In this document: positions 25,242-38,611 of the stretch, one piece after another | How the letters are laid out: each line of letters starts with the position of its first letter | Numbering within the stretch: position 1 is the first letter of the stretch | Assembly (NCBI GenBank): GCA_951406725.2 | Contig: OX597815.1 | Span: 87,792,001 to 87,856,000, forward strand | Direction of reading: 5' to 3' | Length of the DNA: 64,000 nucleotides | Source: Octopus vulgaris | Lineage: Eukaryota | Program-made: the position numbers and the translations under genes | The notes under the pieces: model-generated | Database searches by the model: none | Told to the model about the DNA's origin: nothing | What the model saw: the letters and a program-made list of their open reading frames with translations, nothing else

Positions 25242-27885
25242 TAAAGATATAATTCAGTGAGGGTCAAAACCCAACTAGAAATATATATTCACTAAGAGCA
25301 GAAGAATAGTAGTCCTTCAGCTTGGTAAACATATCATTGTCTTCTTAAAATGTATTACTAATGCAAAAGCATCTCCATAAAACGAAGCATGTTACACCTC
25401 TCAACTACTGCACAATTAAAATGACAAACCGTGAAGACAAAAAAACAAAAAAACAAAACAAAGAAACAAAAACAATTTAAGATGTTTATAACGTTTTTAG
25501 ATGAATATCTAAAATTAAATTATGTTTCGTGGCAATTACAATGATATACTTGGCAGAGAGCATAATACTACAATCTGAAAAGAAAAAATAATAAGGAAAT
25601 AGCACTGGCAAAGCTATCAGTAATGAAGTACTCCGCCTTAAATTATAAATAAACATCTAAATTGCCACCGCAAAAACTGCTCTTTCACTTATTTTGAAAC
25701 AAATATTCTTTAAAAGACATTTGTTCAAAGTTTTGCCATCTTTCAGTTGAAATCAAACCAGGACCTAACTAGGCTCAAATATCAGTGACATTCCAGAAGA
25801 AATGTATTATCATTGACAATAAATCTGTCAAAATGTCTTAAGTTTATATGTTCTTCATAATTAGCTAACACAAGACAACAGAAACATGACGAACATGTGA
25901 TAAGAATATGCATTCATAAGGTCTTGGATTTATAGTGGTCACGATCTTCACGTCTTGTTAACTACAGAAGAAAAATTAGCGTAGTCAAGCTATACATAAT
26001 GTTTGTGGTTATGTTCAATTAAGAATCAGTTAGATATACACGACAAATAAATCTTTGACATACAAAACCACCAGAGAAGGAAAGATATACTTAAAAAATA
26101 TCAGTCGTGTTAAATTATTTCAATTATAATGTAATTCTATATCGACATGCAAAGGAAGACGTTAGTAGATATAAATTTCGTTTTAATTCTCTTGGTCATA
26201 AAATGTCTAATAAACAATATTCTTTCCAAATTTCTCATGCGATTATGATAAAATAATTTCAAAAACTGAAGGCATCTGAATTATCTTGAAATTCCTGATA
26301 GGTTTATAATTATCTAATGTAGCCCACTCGATCCCAAGACCAAATATTAGTGTCAAATTACACGAATTTTATTTTGGCTAACAGCGATAACTTTCATATT
26401 GAGGTTGTGTCTGATATGCAACACTGCTTAGCAAATTTTTAGCAAAAACCTCGTCTTGATGAGTTCTATCATATGAGGTAAAACAAAATTTAGGTTTTGA
26501 ATTTGATGTTAGGCGTTACCAATTTTTTTCGGCACATTTGGTCCCACTGGTTTTTTATTTTAAAATTGTTTTTGATATAATTGGTATCATAGGATTCTTG
26601 TAGTCGAGATCTAACAGAAAAGTTGAATCTAAATACAGTTTTCTTTTGAAAGAAGGATATTCGTAGTCAAAGTCGATTTCAGGCGTTAATCTTATTTTGT
26701 TTCGCCGTTTTTTGTTTAGTACTTTTTCCAACTGAATATTTTTGCATATAAATAACATGGTTAGATTCTTCTCGCCGAGATCTATCATGTAAGCTAAAAT
26801 AAAATATAGATTTCTTTAAAAAAAAATTTTTGGACTCTCCCGTTACTCTTCCGTTTTTGACCTCACATATGTTACAGAAACTTTTTTTTCTACCGAAGCA
26901 ATTTTCAAATCTTGTAGCTGAAAATGTAGCTTAGGATGTGACTAATCTAAAAATATAAATATCTAATGTTGTTAACAACTGAGTTAGTGACAAAGGCTAG
27001 AATTGGTCGCGAGTGAGTAAATGTTGACCTTAAGAAAATTATTTACACACTACTGTGTGTAAATGTTACTCTACGAGAAAGCAGAAATAGTAATTCGAAT
27101 ATTCATAATTACAAGGCAAAATAACAACAAAACAACAAAACATACAAGGCAAACAAAAGCAACAACGTCCCTCAACTCCTAAGCACATGCACTCACTGTT
27201 TACCAAGTGAACATAATGGAAAAAGATGTTTAACATGAATCAACTGACCGACTAGAAATCCGCTTGGCAGAGTTTGTAACCAAGAAAAGCACATCTTTAC
27301 CGGTTGTGTGAAGCAACAATGTATTTCTGATAGAACGAATAGAAGATTTCTAGGAAGTGAATAAGAAGGTGAAGTTGCTATTTGGAGATGAGATGAGAAG
27401 AGTTCTATAGATACTCGTATGAAGGGGTTTGGAGAAAATCACTCTATCAAGCTATCATAGCCTGCAAGTCATTTGCCAGGATACAAGGGATGCTATTCAC
27501 TCTGTCCAACGCAGAAAATGCTCACGGGCATCTTTGAGTGCACCAGATTCCAATGCAAAGTACGATTGGGGGGTACAGTCATGGGGGTACTCTGACTCGA
27601 CGTAGCTGATGGTTTCTTGCTTGTGTGTCAGTAGGTAATCCTATTTGTTTCTGATCCCCTTTAATTATACCATTGTTTTTATATATTCATCTATTTATTT
27701 CGTGTATCTTAAAAAGAAATGAAAATTTTAACGTTTTAATATATTATGTAACGAAACGTTTCTTCTTTCTATTTTCTTATATAATTTTATTTCGCTTGTT
27801 TCCGTGTATTTTTGTCACACCTTTCTATATGTTTCATTTTATATATAAATGGAACTTGGTAACAATAATTTATTATTATTATTAA

Positions 27886-28658
27886 CCGGGCAGTACCGGT
27901 TCGAGAAAAACTCTACAGGCACGGATATACTGTCAAATAGACTTCTCTGAGGTGCGTGCAGAATGAGGAAACTGTTCTGCACGCCCTCGTTCAGTGCCCA
28001 AGCATTGTTGACTTGAGGGGCTATGTTAAACAGTTGCTGTCACTTGTGGGACAGATTTGTCTGTCGGCCAAGTCTGTAGTGATGATCGCACCGCTGCCCT
28101 CCTTCAATCGGGCAGGCAAGGCAGTTTTCCTTTGCCTGATGGCTGTGGCGAAAGAGGTAGTTTGGTAGACAAGGGTAAAAGGCATGAGAACAGATACATT
28201 CTTCTTTGGTAGAGCTTTCATTGACTTGTTCAAGTTTCACTTGAAAAGAAAATTGAGAATGAAGAGGGAAGTGCTGTCCTCGAGTGAGTTTATAGAAAAG
28301 TGAGTGAAAGTTGCGAAAATGGCAAGAGTGGATGGTACCTCTTTAAGTGTAGATCAGTGAGTCGGAGAGAAGGAATTAGAGAGGGCACTTGTTCCTAGGG
28401 TTTCAGGAAAATCTCGGCCAGTGGGGTTCCTCGATTATACCTAGAGGCCTTCCTGTATCAGGAGGGCCACATCTCTATCATCCACCCAGCCTTTTTTTAC
28501 CTTTGTATCCTAAGCACATATCTCTTCTTTTTCAGGATACACCTGTGTATACTTACTTTTTTTTTTGTCATTTCATTATTAAAATGTAAACCCCAACACT
28601 TTATGTCTGTCTCTGTACAGTTCTCTTCATCTTTCTTCCTTGTGGTAAATAAATGTAA
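27886..28658 (+). mobile_element. Tx1/L1-like LINE 3' end (zf-RVT knuckle and 3' UTR)
   Basis: PVREKLYRHG...RCVQNEETVLHALVQCPSI with in-frame stops; followed by a pyrimidine-rich UTR and (ATT)n. Confidence 0.75.
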
Positions 28659-28661
28659 TCA

Positions 28662-28725
<64 letters not shown>

Positions 28726-28733
28726 CATCATCA

Positions 28734-28788
<55 letters not shown>

Positions 28789-28807
28789 CATCATCATCAT
28801 CATCATC
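28659..28807. repeat. (TAT)n/(CAT)n microsatellite
   Basis: Directly visible. Confidence 0.97.
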
Positions 28808-29205
28808 AAGGCGGCGTGTAGGCAGAATCGTTAGCACACCGAGCGAAATGCGTAGCCGTTTTTCGTCTGCCGTTACGTTCTGAGTTCAAATTCCGCCGAG
28901 GTCGACTTTGCCTTTCATCCTTTTCGGGGTCGATTAAATAAGTACCAGTTACGCACTGGGGTCGATATAATCGACTTAATCCGTTTGTCTTTTCTTGTTT
29001 GTCCTCTCTGTGTTTAGCCCCTTGTGGGTATTAAAGAAATAGGTATTTCGCCCGTCACTAAAATCTGAGTTCAAATTCCGCCGAGGTCGACTTTGCCTTT
29101 CATCCTTTCGGAATCGATAAATTAAGTACCAGGGAAACACTGGGATCGATGTATTTTCTTGTTCCCTCCCCACAAATTGCAGGCATTGTGACTTTAGTAG
29201 AAAGG
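28808..29205 (+). mobile_element. SINE family A dimer (young unit plus old-type body)
   Basis: Junction aaagaaata|ggtatttcg at 29041/29042; second body ends gtagaaagg(att)n. Confidence 0.88.
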
Positions 29206-29265
<60 letters not shown>

Positions 29266-30059
29266 TTGGTTTTCAGCGACAGCAGACGTGTTATTTCGTC
29301 TATCGCTGATGGCTACATTTTAATTTCGTCTCTCGCTGATGGCTACATTTTTAATTTCGTCTCACCAAGAGTTTTTGATAAACTCGGAAATTCAGTGATA
29401 TTTTTTTACATGGATTTTTATTCAAATATATTCTCACTCCATTTTGAAAACAAAGGCGACTTTCTTTTGAGCGTTTTATTTCATTTTTGCTAGACTTCGA
29501 CATCGTTGGATGTTAGCACCTTCTCCAAATATTTGGATTGTTATTTTTACAATACATTGAATAAATATTTTTTCAAGAATAACTATTTATAAGGCAAAGA
29601 AATTTTACGAAATTACTTTTGACACAAAGAATTAATTCTATTTAAACTTTATTTGAATACTTTAGTTCGTCTCTTTTGGTCGATCTGAATCATAACGACA
29701 TCAAATAAACTGAGTAACGCCCGCAGAAAAAAAAAGAAAGAATGAAGAAGCAGTAATTTGAGTGAACGCAAAATAAACAAAAATAAAATATATATAAACA
29801 AGTTTGCTTTCCAGCCAAACATTTTTTCTCTGCCACGGAAAGCTATAATTTAAATTGTCTGGAATTTTTACTCAGCAGCAAGTATAACAGCTGCATCCAC
29901 TTCACATACACTATGCAAGCGCATGCACACACGCGCATATACACACTCATTTCTTGAATGGAAACATTTCTACCAGTTCTGCCAGTTTAGCCCGAACTCA
30001 ATCGAACATTCAGTTTCTGGATGTAGATGAGGTACAGTCCAAGAGCTATGGTAAAACTG

Positions 30060-30615
30060 CGCTCATAAAAATTCCATTGCAAAGTGATCAAAGCAAAAGT
30101 AATTCACCTTTTTCTCTTGAAAGCAAATGAGGTACTTTTTGTTGTAAACCCAAAAGACCCGTTAATGAAAGCCCTAACATATAGCTGGTTTAGTATTTTA
30201 TACATAATGAAGAGCAAAACCTACTGCACCAATTGCCTGACCTTCAGGACCGAGGACAAGGCACAGAGGCAAGAAAATATTATATGCAAAACATCCATTC
30301 ATGAACTTTGTGTACAGTACATGGGACAATGTAATAAAAGAGTATCATTCAAGGTCATAGTAAATGACATTAGGGCATATTTCGTTATCACCTTTGCAAG
30401 CAATTTGTGCTGGTGATAAGCGCACAAGGAACGAGAAAGGTATATGCTCGGAGTGGAGTCAGCATAGATTGCAAGTCACTATGACACCTTCAGAACCACA
30501 GGGCTGGTGTTACACACGCTGGATCAAAAGTATTAGCAATGGCGGTACAGACAGAAGATCTAGATGTTACATTTGTGTCAGCAAAAACTATTTGGAGTGT
30601 TTCTGCTCATACTAA
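30060..30615 (+). mobile_element. Possible decayed LINE ORF1 (gag-like knuckle)
   Basis: RRSRCYICVSKNYLECFC fits CX2CX4HX4C with H replaced by Y; frames are broken. Confidence 0.4.
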
Positions 30616-30749
30616 CAACAAAAACAAATGGAAAGAGAACAGCAGTATAATTATCTACAAGAAAACGCTGCTGTTCCCACACTACCGACCAGAAGACCGT
30701 AGAAACTTTGCCTATGTTAGAAACAATTATTAGCATTATTACTATTACT

Positions 30750-30960
30750 AAGGCGGCGAGCTGGCAGAATCGTTAGCATGCAGGACGAAATTCTTAGCGG
30801 TATTTCGACCGTCGCTACGTTATGAGTTCAAATTCCGCCGAAGTCGACTTTGCCTTTCATCCTTTCGGAGTCGATAAATTAAGTACTAGTTGCGTACTGA
30901 GGTCGATGTAATCGACTATTGCCCTCCCCCAAATAGAAAGGGTTATTATTGTTGTTGTTG

Positions 30961-31009
<49 letters not shown>

Positions 31010-31078
31010 GGTAGCGAACTGGCAGAATCGACTCATCCCCTTCCCCAAAATAGCTGCTCTTGTAGCAAAAATTGAAAC

Positions 31079-31156
<78 letters not shown>

Positions 31157-31340
31157 CAGTAGTAGTATGAAGGTAGTGAGGTGGCAGAATCGTTAGCACG
31201 CTGGACAAGATGTTTATCAGTATTTCGTCCGTCTTTATGTTCTGAGTTCAAATTCCACTAAGGTTGACTTTGTCTTTCATCCTTTCAGAGTCGATAAAAT
31301 AAGTACCAGTTGAGCACTGGAGACAATGTAATCGACTAGC
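30750..31340 (+). mobile_element. Cluster of family A SINEs separated by (TAT)n/(TAG)n
   Basis: Heads at ~30750, ~31008 and ~31168. Confidence 0.85.
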
Positions 31341-31379
31341 TTCATTTCGCCACTTTTCTGTCACTTTAAATCCACTAAC

Positions 31380-31990
31380 TTAGCTAACATCCCAAATGCT
31401 CTATTTTACCGACACAGTCATATCTACGATTATACTCTTCAGTGATAGTTTACTGTATTCACTTAGTAGATAGCTTATACTTTCTTTACCTTTTCTACAT
31501 ATTCTGCGTTTGCACTCTGATTCAGTTTTATCATTCTATGCCTTTATCAAATTCTTAATGGCTCGTCCCCGAGCGGCTAGAATTAGCGATTCGGTTTCTC
31601 GTTTCAGATTTTCTGTCTATCAGCCACAACCAGCATTCTTTATTTCTAACATCCTCGGCTTACTGTATGAACTGGTTATATATTTCTTACTCTCTTCAGT
31701 CATTTGTCCTGTCGTTCATTCTGTTGATAAATTCTCCAACTGTATCAGTGACTTTTTAGATATTTTTGTCTACTGACAATATCCTTTTTTCCACAACGCA
31801 CAGCATAGCTTTTCAAACCCTATTTCGCAGTATTGATGGTGCCTTCTATGTTTAATAAACACTTGCCTCCTTCCTTTCTTGCTAAATGAAACATATCGAT
31901 ATTAATTTTTAATGGGCTGGAGTTTGTGCATTGTGAACAGCTTCCTGCTTCTACCTAATTCCTGTAGCTCTTTGTTCACTTTAGATAAGG
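31380..31990 (-). mobile_element. Old R4/Dong-type LINE fragment
   Basis: Minus-strand motifs HLARKEGGKCL and CWLWL..NLKRETESLILAA, homologous to the elements at 59.4-59.8 and 62.2-62.6 kb. Confidence 0.7.
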
Positions 31991-32889
31991 AGCTCATCAC
32001 CACCACCACCACTACCACCATCACTACCACCCCCACACCACCACTACCACACTACCGCCACCGCCGCCGTCATCATCATCATCATTATTAACGTATTGCA
32101 CGGGCAATGGATCAGCAGACTGAAATACCTTGTGGTAGTTAGTTTACAGCTCTTGAAGTTCTGAATACAAACATTTCCTTGGTATTTTACATCTACCGTA
32201 CTTAATACAACAAGGAAGTCTTGGTTGTTCGACCCGATAGAAATTGCAACCTAAACTTCATCAAATCATCCCCATCTTCTTTGAAAACAGAACAATACAT
32301 TGGAAAGTGTAGACTTAGAAATATTATGTCTGAAAATAATGGATGGTCTCACCAGGACTGTCTTTGATCGCAGACTGATTCGATCAGAGCTGATTTGATC
32401 AGAACCTCTCCAGAGTTGATGAAATAAGAAGTGAAGTATTTTAGTCAATAAATCAGCTACATTAATTTCTACAAAACTTATTGGTAAACAATGACAGAAA
32501 TGGGTGGTGGGGGCTATGCACAGGTACGGCGTCTCCCTACTTTTCAGTTCACAAAAAGGAGGGGCGCTCATAGTATGTAGTTCCATCTTTCAAACTCATT
32601 CTCTCCCATTTTCCCAATCTTAGCGTACTCCCACTTCACTCATTTCTGTCAGTGACGCCAAAGTTAGAAGTTATAAATCAAACTTGAGATAGCATCGAAA
32701 CCTGAACTGATTGGGGCAAAATGGGTTACATTTCCGAATTGAGCATGCAAAGACATAGAAACAGCGGGAAAAAAAACCTGGACCTCAAAAATGACGCAGG
32801 CCAGTGTTGATTGGCAATTACTAATGATAAAAATAATAATTAAAAAAAAAAAGAAGGGATAAAGATCCATCCCCCTTCCAAAATCTCAT

Positions 32890-33091
32890 AGGGCCGGTTT
32901 CCCGTTTTCTGTGGGCGCATATATTTACCCCTGGACAGGACGCCGGACTACTTACTTTGCCAGCTGAGTGGACTGCAGCAACGTGATATGAAGTGTTTTA
33001 CTCAAGAGCGCAACTCATCGTTGGGCCAGGAACTGAAGCCGCAATCTTACGGTCATGGGTTCAATACATTAACCACTAAGCCATGCGCCTC
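32890..33091 (-). mobile_element. tRNA-headed SINE (family C)
   Basis: Head aggcgcatggcttagtggttaa followed by ttgagtaaaacacttcat...ccactcagctggcaaag. Confidence 0.7.
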
Positions 33092-33119
33092 TACAATGAT
33101 AAGAATATTGGGGTTTTAA

Positions 33120-33534
33120 AGGCGGCGAACTGGCAGAAACGTTAGCACGCCGGGCGAAATGCTTAGCGGTATTTCGTCTGCAGCTACGTTCTGAGTTCAA
33201 ATTCCGCCGAGGTCGACTTTACTTTTCATCCTTTCGGGGTCGATTAAATAAGTACCAGTTACGCACTGGGGTCGATATAATCGGCTTAATCCGTTTGTCT
33301 TTCCTTGTTTGTCCTCTCTGTATTTAGCCCCTTGTGGGTAGTAAAGAAATAGGTATTTCGTCTGTCGTTACGTTCCGAGTTCAAATTCCGCCGAGGTCGA
33401 CTTTGCCTTTCATCCTTTCGGGGTCGATAAATTAAGTACCAGTTACGCACTGGGGTCGATGTAATCGACTTAATCCGTTTGTATGTCCTTGTTTGTCCCC
33501 TCTATGTTTAGCTCCTTGTGGGCAATAAAGAAAT
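33120..33534 (+). mobile_element. SINE family A dimer inside a single 20-bp TSD
   Basis: TSD taagaatattggggttttaa at 33100-33119 and 33534-33553; junction aaagaaata|ggtatttcg at 33351/33352. Confidence 0.93.
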
Positions 33535-34589
33535 AAGAATATTGGGGTTTTAAGTAGAGTCTTTATGAATAATGAATTCTATTTGTCGTGTGAGACTGTA
33601 TGAGTGCGATGACTATTTAAACTGAAAATTATTTGAAATCGTGTGGGTGTAAAATGGCTGTGATTTTACTGTGTGCTCTTTTGGTACGGAGGTTCTTTAA
33701 AATAAATAAAATAAAATAAAGTTTGGGTCTGTGAGACTAACTTGGCCATTTCACACCGACTAATCGATAAGTTTTATGCTGCTAACCTTTACTAATTTCT
33801 TTATTAGCATTGGCGTCATTTGTACTTGAATGGGCAAAGCAGTGGAGTGCACACGAGCAACGCCCTGGTATCGTGTTTGTTTTAGCTTTAAACGTTCTAG
33901 ATAGAACTTGATTGTTAAACTCCTCCTACATAAACTATTTTTGCTCTGTTAACCCAACATTTTTGTTGTTATTATTATTATTATTATTATTTCTTTTTCT
34001 AGACTAAATAAACTTAAAGCAAAGTATCAACAACGTAAAAAAGAAAAAAAAGCAGTAAAAATAATTGCTAAACATAACATTAAGCAGTGCAGCAATAACA
34101 AACTCAACAAAAAACTGTCATTGTAAAATCACGTTTTTGAGCCAGTCACGTGTGCATTAGGTGTCCAAATTTAACACAAACGCACGCGCGCACACACACA
34201 CACACTTGCATGCAAACTTGCACACACGCACATACACTTGCATGCATATATGCACACACGCACACTTGCATGCATACATACACCCGTGCACTCGCACACA
34301 TATGCATACATGCGCGCGCACACATATTCACACATTCACACATTCACAGACATACATCCATGTCATTTGTTTTGTTACTTAAAATAGTTAATATTTTATT
34401 TTAGAATAACAAGAAATTTTGGTCAGAACGACATTTATGAGAATTAGCAACAACATACGTATAGCTGCAGCAGCTGCTGCTGCTGTTATTGTTGTTGTGG
34501 TCGTGGTTGTTACGTCTGATGTTTTCACTACTATTACTACAACTAGCACAATCTCCTTTATTAACCCATATATCTGAAATATATACATA

Positions 34590-35380
34590 TAGCAAAGCGG
34601 TAGCATAGATACTTTGGTGAACGACCGTGGGGCCTCTGTATTATCGTTCGACTTGCTAGAAATAGCAGTCAAATGAGCCTCAAATTTCTCTATAACCTGT
34701 CGTCTAAGAGGAGAATACGTCGGAAAATGTAGTCTTGCGTTCTCTACTCCTTAGCAAACGACGGGATGTTCACGACTGGAATATCCTTTGATAATAAGTC
34801 TTTTCGATGAAGATTGTCTTCGGGGTTAAGCAACTACCTTAAATTTAATTTTCGTGTCATGAAAATATCTTTATTTTTATATTACCAGTGAAGACGTAAC
34901 TGTGTTTAAGCGATGGTGTCGATGAATCGACACAGCTATTTAGTTACGACAGTTTTAATACAACTGAAACCGTTATAGGGGTTTGACGGTTTTATGTTCG
35001 TGGTACAAGAGAAGTAATACGTGCTTGAGAAACGTTTTTCGAAGTGTGAGGAGTCTAACAGAAAGGACATCTTTCACGCGTCTTTACAAAAACGACAGGG
35101 TGTGATTTGAAAGATATTTGACCGCTATTTCTAGCAGGCCTAGCGACAACGTAGTCTTCCTTGTTGGTTCGCACAATTAATGCTGTTGTTTAACCCGGCT
35201 CAGCTCTGACGGAGGAAACTAAAATCAAAGATGTTCCAACGTTGATCACCTCGTCCTTTCTCGGACGTTGCACATCTAGACTACATTTTTCAAAGTGTCT
35301 TCATTCCTTTTGCGAGAAGATAGCTGAAGGAGATTTCTTGCTGATCAAGTAACAACTTAGAGAAAGCCTTGTGGTTATTG
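34590..35380. mobile_element. Cluster of old, degenerate interspersed repeat copies (one +, two -)
   Basis: Motif gacttgctagaaatagcagtcaaat recurs in diverged form at ~8.85, 13.2, 32.2, 35.1, 53.4 and 55.7 kb. Confidence 0.55.
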
Positions 35381-35559
35381 AGTCCTGCCTGCGACTTACA
35401 GAACTTGCTGCAGGATCGATATTCATTCAAATTCTTCTGACTTCCTGGTTGTTCTGAATCATTCTAATGATTTCTTCTGTGCACCCTCATCAAACTAAAT
35501 AAATCTAGGCGATTTATACACGCTGTCTGGCAGACAATGCATGTGAGGTTGGTCCAACA

Positions 35560-36060
35560 AGGAAGTCTTTGTAGTTTGTAACAAGTATTTCTTCGCGACA
35601 TTTCTGATGGCTCACCAGGTCTACGCGAGACATACATAAGCGGCCACAGATTTCACAGACTAGGTGACGAAATGTAGGATCAAAGGAATTAGCCTCTCGT
35701 GCTAATCTCCTCATGTGTGACCATTCATTTGCTGAAATATGCCCACTCTGTCACAGGCTCTTTGCTTCCAGGTTTTCCTATCACGTGATATGTTTTCCCA
35801 CTCCTATTCTGAAATCTCAGATTCCAAGCGATTTTTTAAGTTGCCTTGAATAGCTTACGATGTGGTTGAGTGTCTTGCGACAGTTTTTCATATAACATTT
35901 GCTTGAGAATTCTGGTGTCATCAAGACGCACAACATAACCAACCCAGCGCATGCGGTGACGGAGGACGTGGGCCTCAATACTCACTGCATTGACCCTTTC
36001 TAAAACTTCCGTGTTAGGGGTAAGAGTCATCCAGTCATCCAGTGGATGTCCAGGATCTTT
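35560..36060 (-). mobile_element. RTE LINE 3' fragment
   Basis: TPNTEVLERVNAVSIEAHVLRHRMRWVGYVVRLDDTRILKQMLY...CEICGRLCMSRVDLVSHQKC. Confidence 0.85.
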
Positions 36061-36154
36061 CTGAAACACTGTTGGTGAAAGCACTCGTGATTTTAGGTAA
36101 TGGAGGTACACTACACATGTTTCCCTCGGATATATATATGTATACATACATACC

Positions 36155-36205
<51 letters not shown>

Positions 36206-36207
<2 letters not shown>

Positions 36208-36618
36208 TCTTTTACTCTTTCACTTGTTTCAGTCATTTGACTGCAGCCATGCTGGAGCACCGCCTTTAGTCGAGCAAATCAACCCCAGGGCTTATTCCTT
36301 GTAAGCCTAGTACTTATTCTATCGGCCTCTCTTGCCGAACCGCTAACTGACGGGGTCGTAAACACACCCGCATCGGTTGTCAAGTGATATTGGGGGGACA
36401 AACACAGATACACAAACATATACAAACAAACACACACACACACATATATACGACGGGTGGGCTCCTATCAGTTTCCGTCTGCTAAATCCACTCACAAGGC
36501 TTTGGTCGGCCCAAGGCTATAATAGAAGACACTTGCCCAAGGTGCCACGCAGTGGGACTGAACCCAGAACGATGTGGTTGGTAAGCAAGCTACCTACCAC
36601 ACAGCCACTCCTGCGCCT
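36206..36618 (-). mobile_element. SINE family B, full length
   Basis: Reverse complement co-linear with the 24854 copy. Confidence 0.92.
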
Positions 36619-37459
36619 GACCATATATACATACACATATATACATACATACATTGTCTATCTATCTGTCTGTCTGGTCCGTCTGTATGTACGTATGTAT
36701 TTATATAAATACATTAATATATATGTGTTGGCTCTAATTTTTGTTGAACCATGGACGTTTTGCTTGTTAAAAACTTCTGTTTTTGCTTATCATAAGGAGG
36801 TTGTTATCGAAAGTAGCTTCCAAAACTCACGAACTACATCTTGTTTTGTTTAGCTTGGTCATTAAGTTTTAGCATGTTTTTTCTGACCTAAGCTGTTTCT
36901 AGTGTACTTCTTAGTTTAGATCAGATCACGATTAAATAGAAATTGGGATAAGCTAGAATGCACATTGTGACAATAGTCGCATACGCGTACCGTAATAATT
37001 GTCGTCAAAGAATGAAAGCTATTTAAAGCAATTGCTGTAAATAGCAGTAAATAAAACCCTGTATTAAAATAAAAGATATTTGACTCTAATGTCAAGAGCA
37101 AAGAAAAATCGTGGAAGACACGCCAAAGAAAATTTCAATTCATATGCGAACTATAAAGCCATAATTATTGCAATGTATGAGCACCAAATGTTTATCTTAG
37201 ATGAGATTTTTTTTGTGAGCTAAAAAAATAATATTAATATTCCTGATGTATAAAATAATGAGTTATTGTTATCATTGTTTGGTGGGGTTTTCCTGACTGT
37301 TAAACATATCTTGTGAAGATAGAAACAGCACTAAAATGCTCGGCTTAATCGTCTGCAAACTTAAATAACTCAAGTACATATATGCATTTGTAAGATGGTT
37401 TTATTAAATGTAAGAGGCATTTCGGTAGTCCACTAGAGTTGCGTTCTTTCAACACAAAC

Positions 37460-37500
<41 letters not shown>

Positions 37501-37552
37501 CGTGCACGCGTATTTGTGTGTGTGCATGTGTATACATACATACCTACATATT

Positions 37553-37611
<59 letters not shown>

Positions 37612-37649
37612 GTATAGATGTAAGTTTGTACATATACGTATGTATATAT

Positions 37650-37810
37650 GCATTTATTTTCTCTCTTTGTTTCTTTCTGTGTTCCTTTCTGTAGAAGAGC
37701 GTAGGCTCGAAACGTTAAAGACTTTTTCACTTCCCGAGCGTTAAACTAATACATCTGTTTGTTGTCTACACCACCTGTCTTCGTCTTTTGTTTTTTTGTG
37801 TGAATTCTTT
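37650..37810 (+). mobile_element. Penelope-like terminal repeat with hammerhead-like motif, embedded in (TA)n
   Basis: cttt-CTGTAGA-AGAGC-gtag-GCTC-GAAAC-GTTA-aag; same family as 22456-22640. Confidence 0.65.
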
Positions 37811-37813
37811 ATA

Positions 37814-37883
<70 letters not shown>

Positions 37884-37994
37884 ATATGTATAAATATAAA
37901 TATATATATATACATTCATACATACATTCATATATATATATATATATGAACTTAGATAATTTACTAGATTTCGGCTATTATTAGCTTAGAGCAT

Positions 37995-38044
37995 GTTGCA
38001 CCGCCTGGGATAGTCTCTTAAAAGACTATCCCAGGCGGTGCAAC
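37995..38044. repeat. 50-bp near-perfect palindrome centred on TTAA
   Basis: gttgcaccgcctgggatagtctcttaaaagactatcccaggcggtgcaac, one mismatch. Confidence 0.95.
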
Positions 38045-38139
38045 TACGAAAATCATACTTGTTGAAAACTGAGAAGGCAGTTATTTTTTCTCGCTGAGAG
38101 AGTAGTTTTAAAAAAAAATTGTGATATCACCACTCCACT

Positions 38140-38600
38140 TTAACTCTTTAATGATATGACAGTTTAGGGAATTCGGAGGTATTGCAATGAAAGCAGCATG
38201 TTTCCCGTTTTGAAAACCGGGACAAGCTAGGAAGAAAATGTCCAGATATGATCTATGTCCAGAGATTTTATCGAGAGATGCATTAGAGTAGATGCGAATT
38301 AATGCCTAGACTCCTTCAGGAGACTAGCTGGGAACATATTGCTGAATTGAGTTTAATTTTATTTATTGCCGTTCTGATGTCCGGAGTTTTGGAAGTTATG
38401 TCAAGAGGGATATGTTGAGAATTTGCTTCATTAATAGAACCTAAATCAACCATATCAGAATCATTAAAAACAGAGCTGTATTGCTTCTGTAGAATCATTC
38501 CAATTTCTGAGACATTGTTGTAGAGAATGTTGTTTTCATCAATCAGTGGTTTTATGCTTTTTGGCAAATAAATACAACACTTTGCAGTTGCGAATATTCT
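38140..38600 (-). mobile_element. CR1-like LINE ORF2 relic
   Basis: SIKPLIDEN..EIGMILQKQYSSVF...IRTAINKIKLNSA and LVPVFKTG motifs. Confidence 0.65.
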
Positions 38601-38611
38601 TTTTCACTGCT

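Noticed and set aside
26400-27032. MITE-like sequence ending in gacc-TTAA (Kolobok/piggyBac-like)
   Set aside because: No matching left TIR found, so boundaries and class are unsupported
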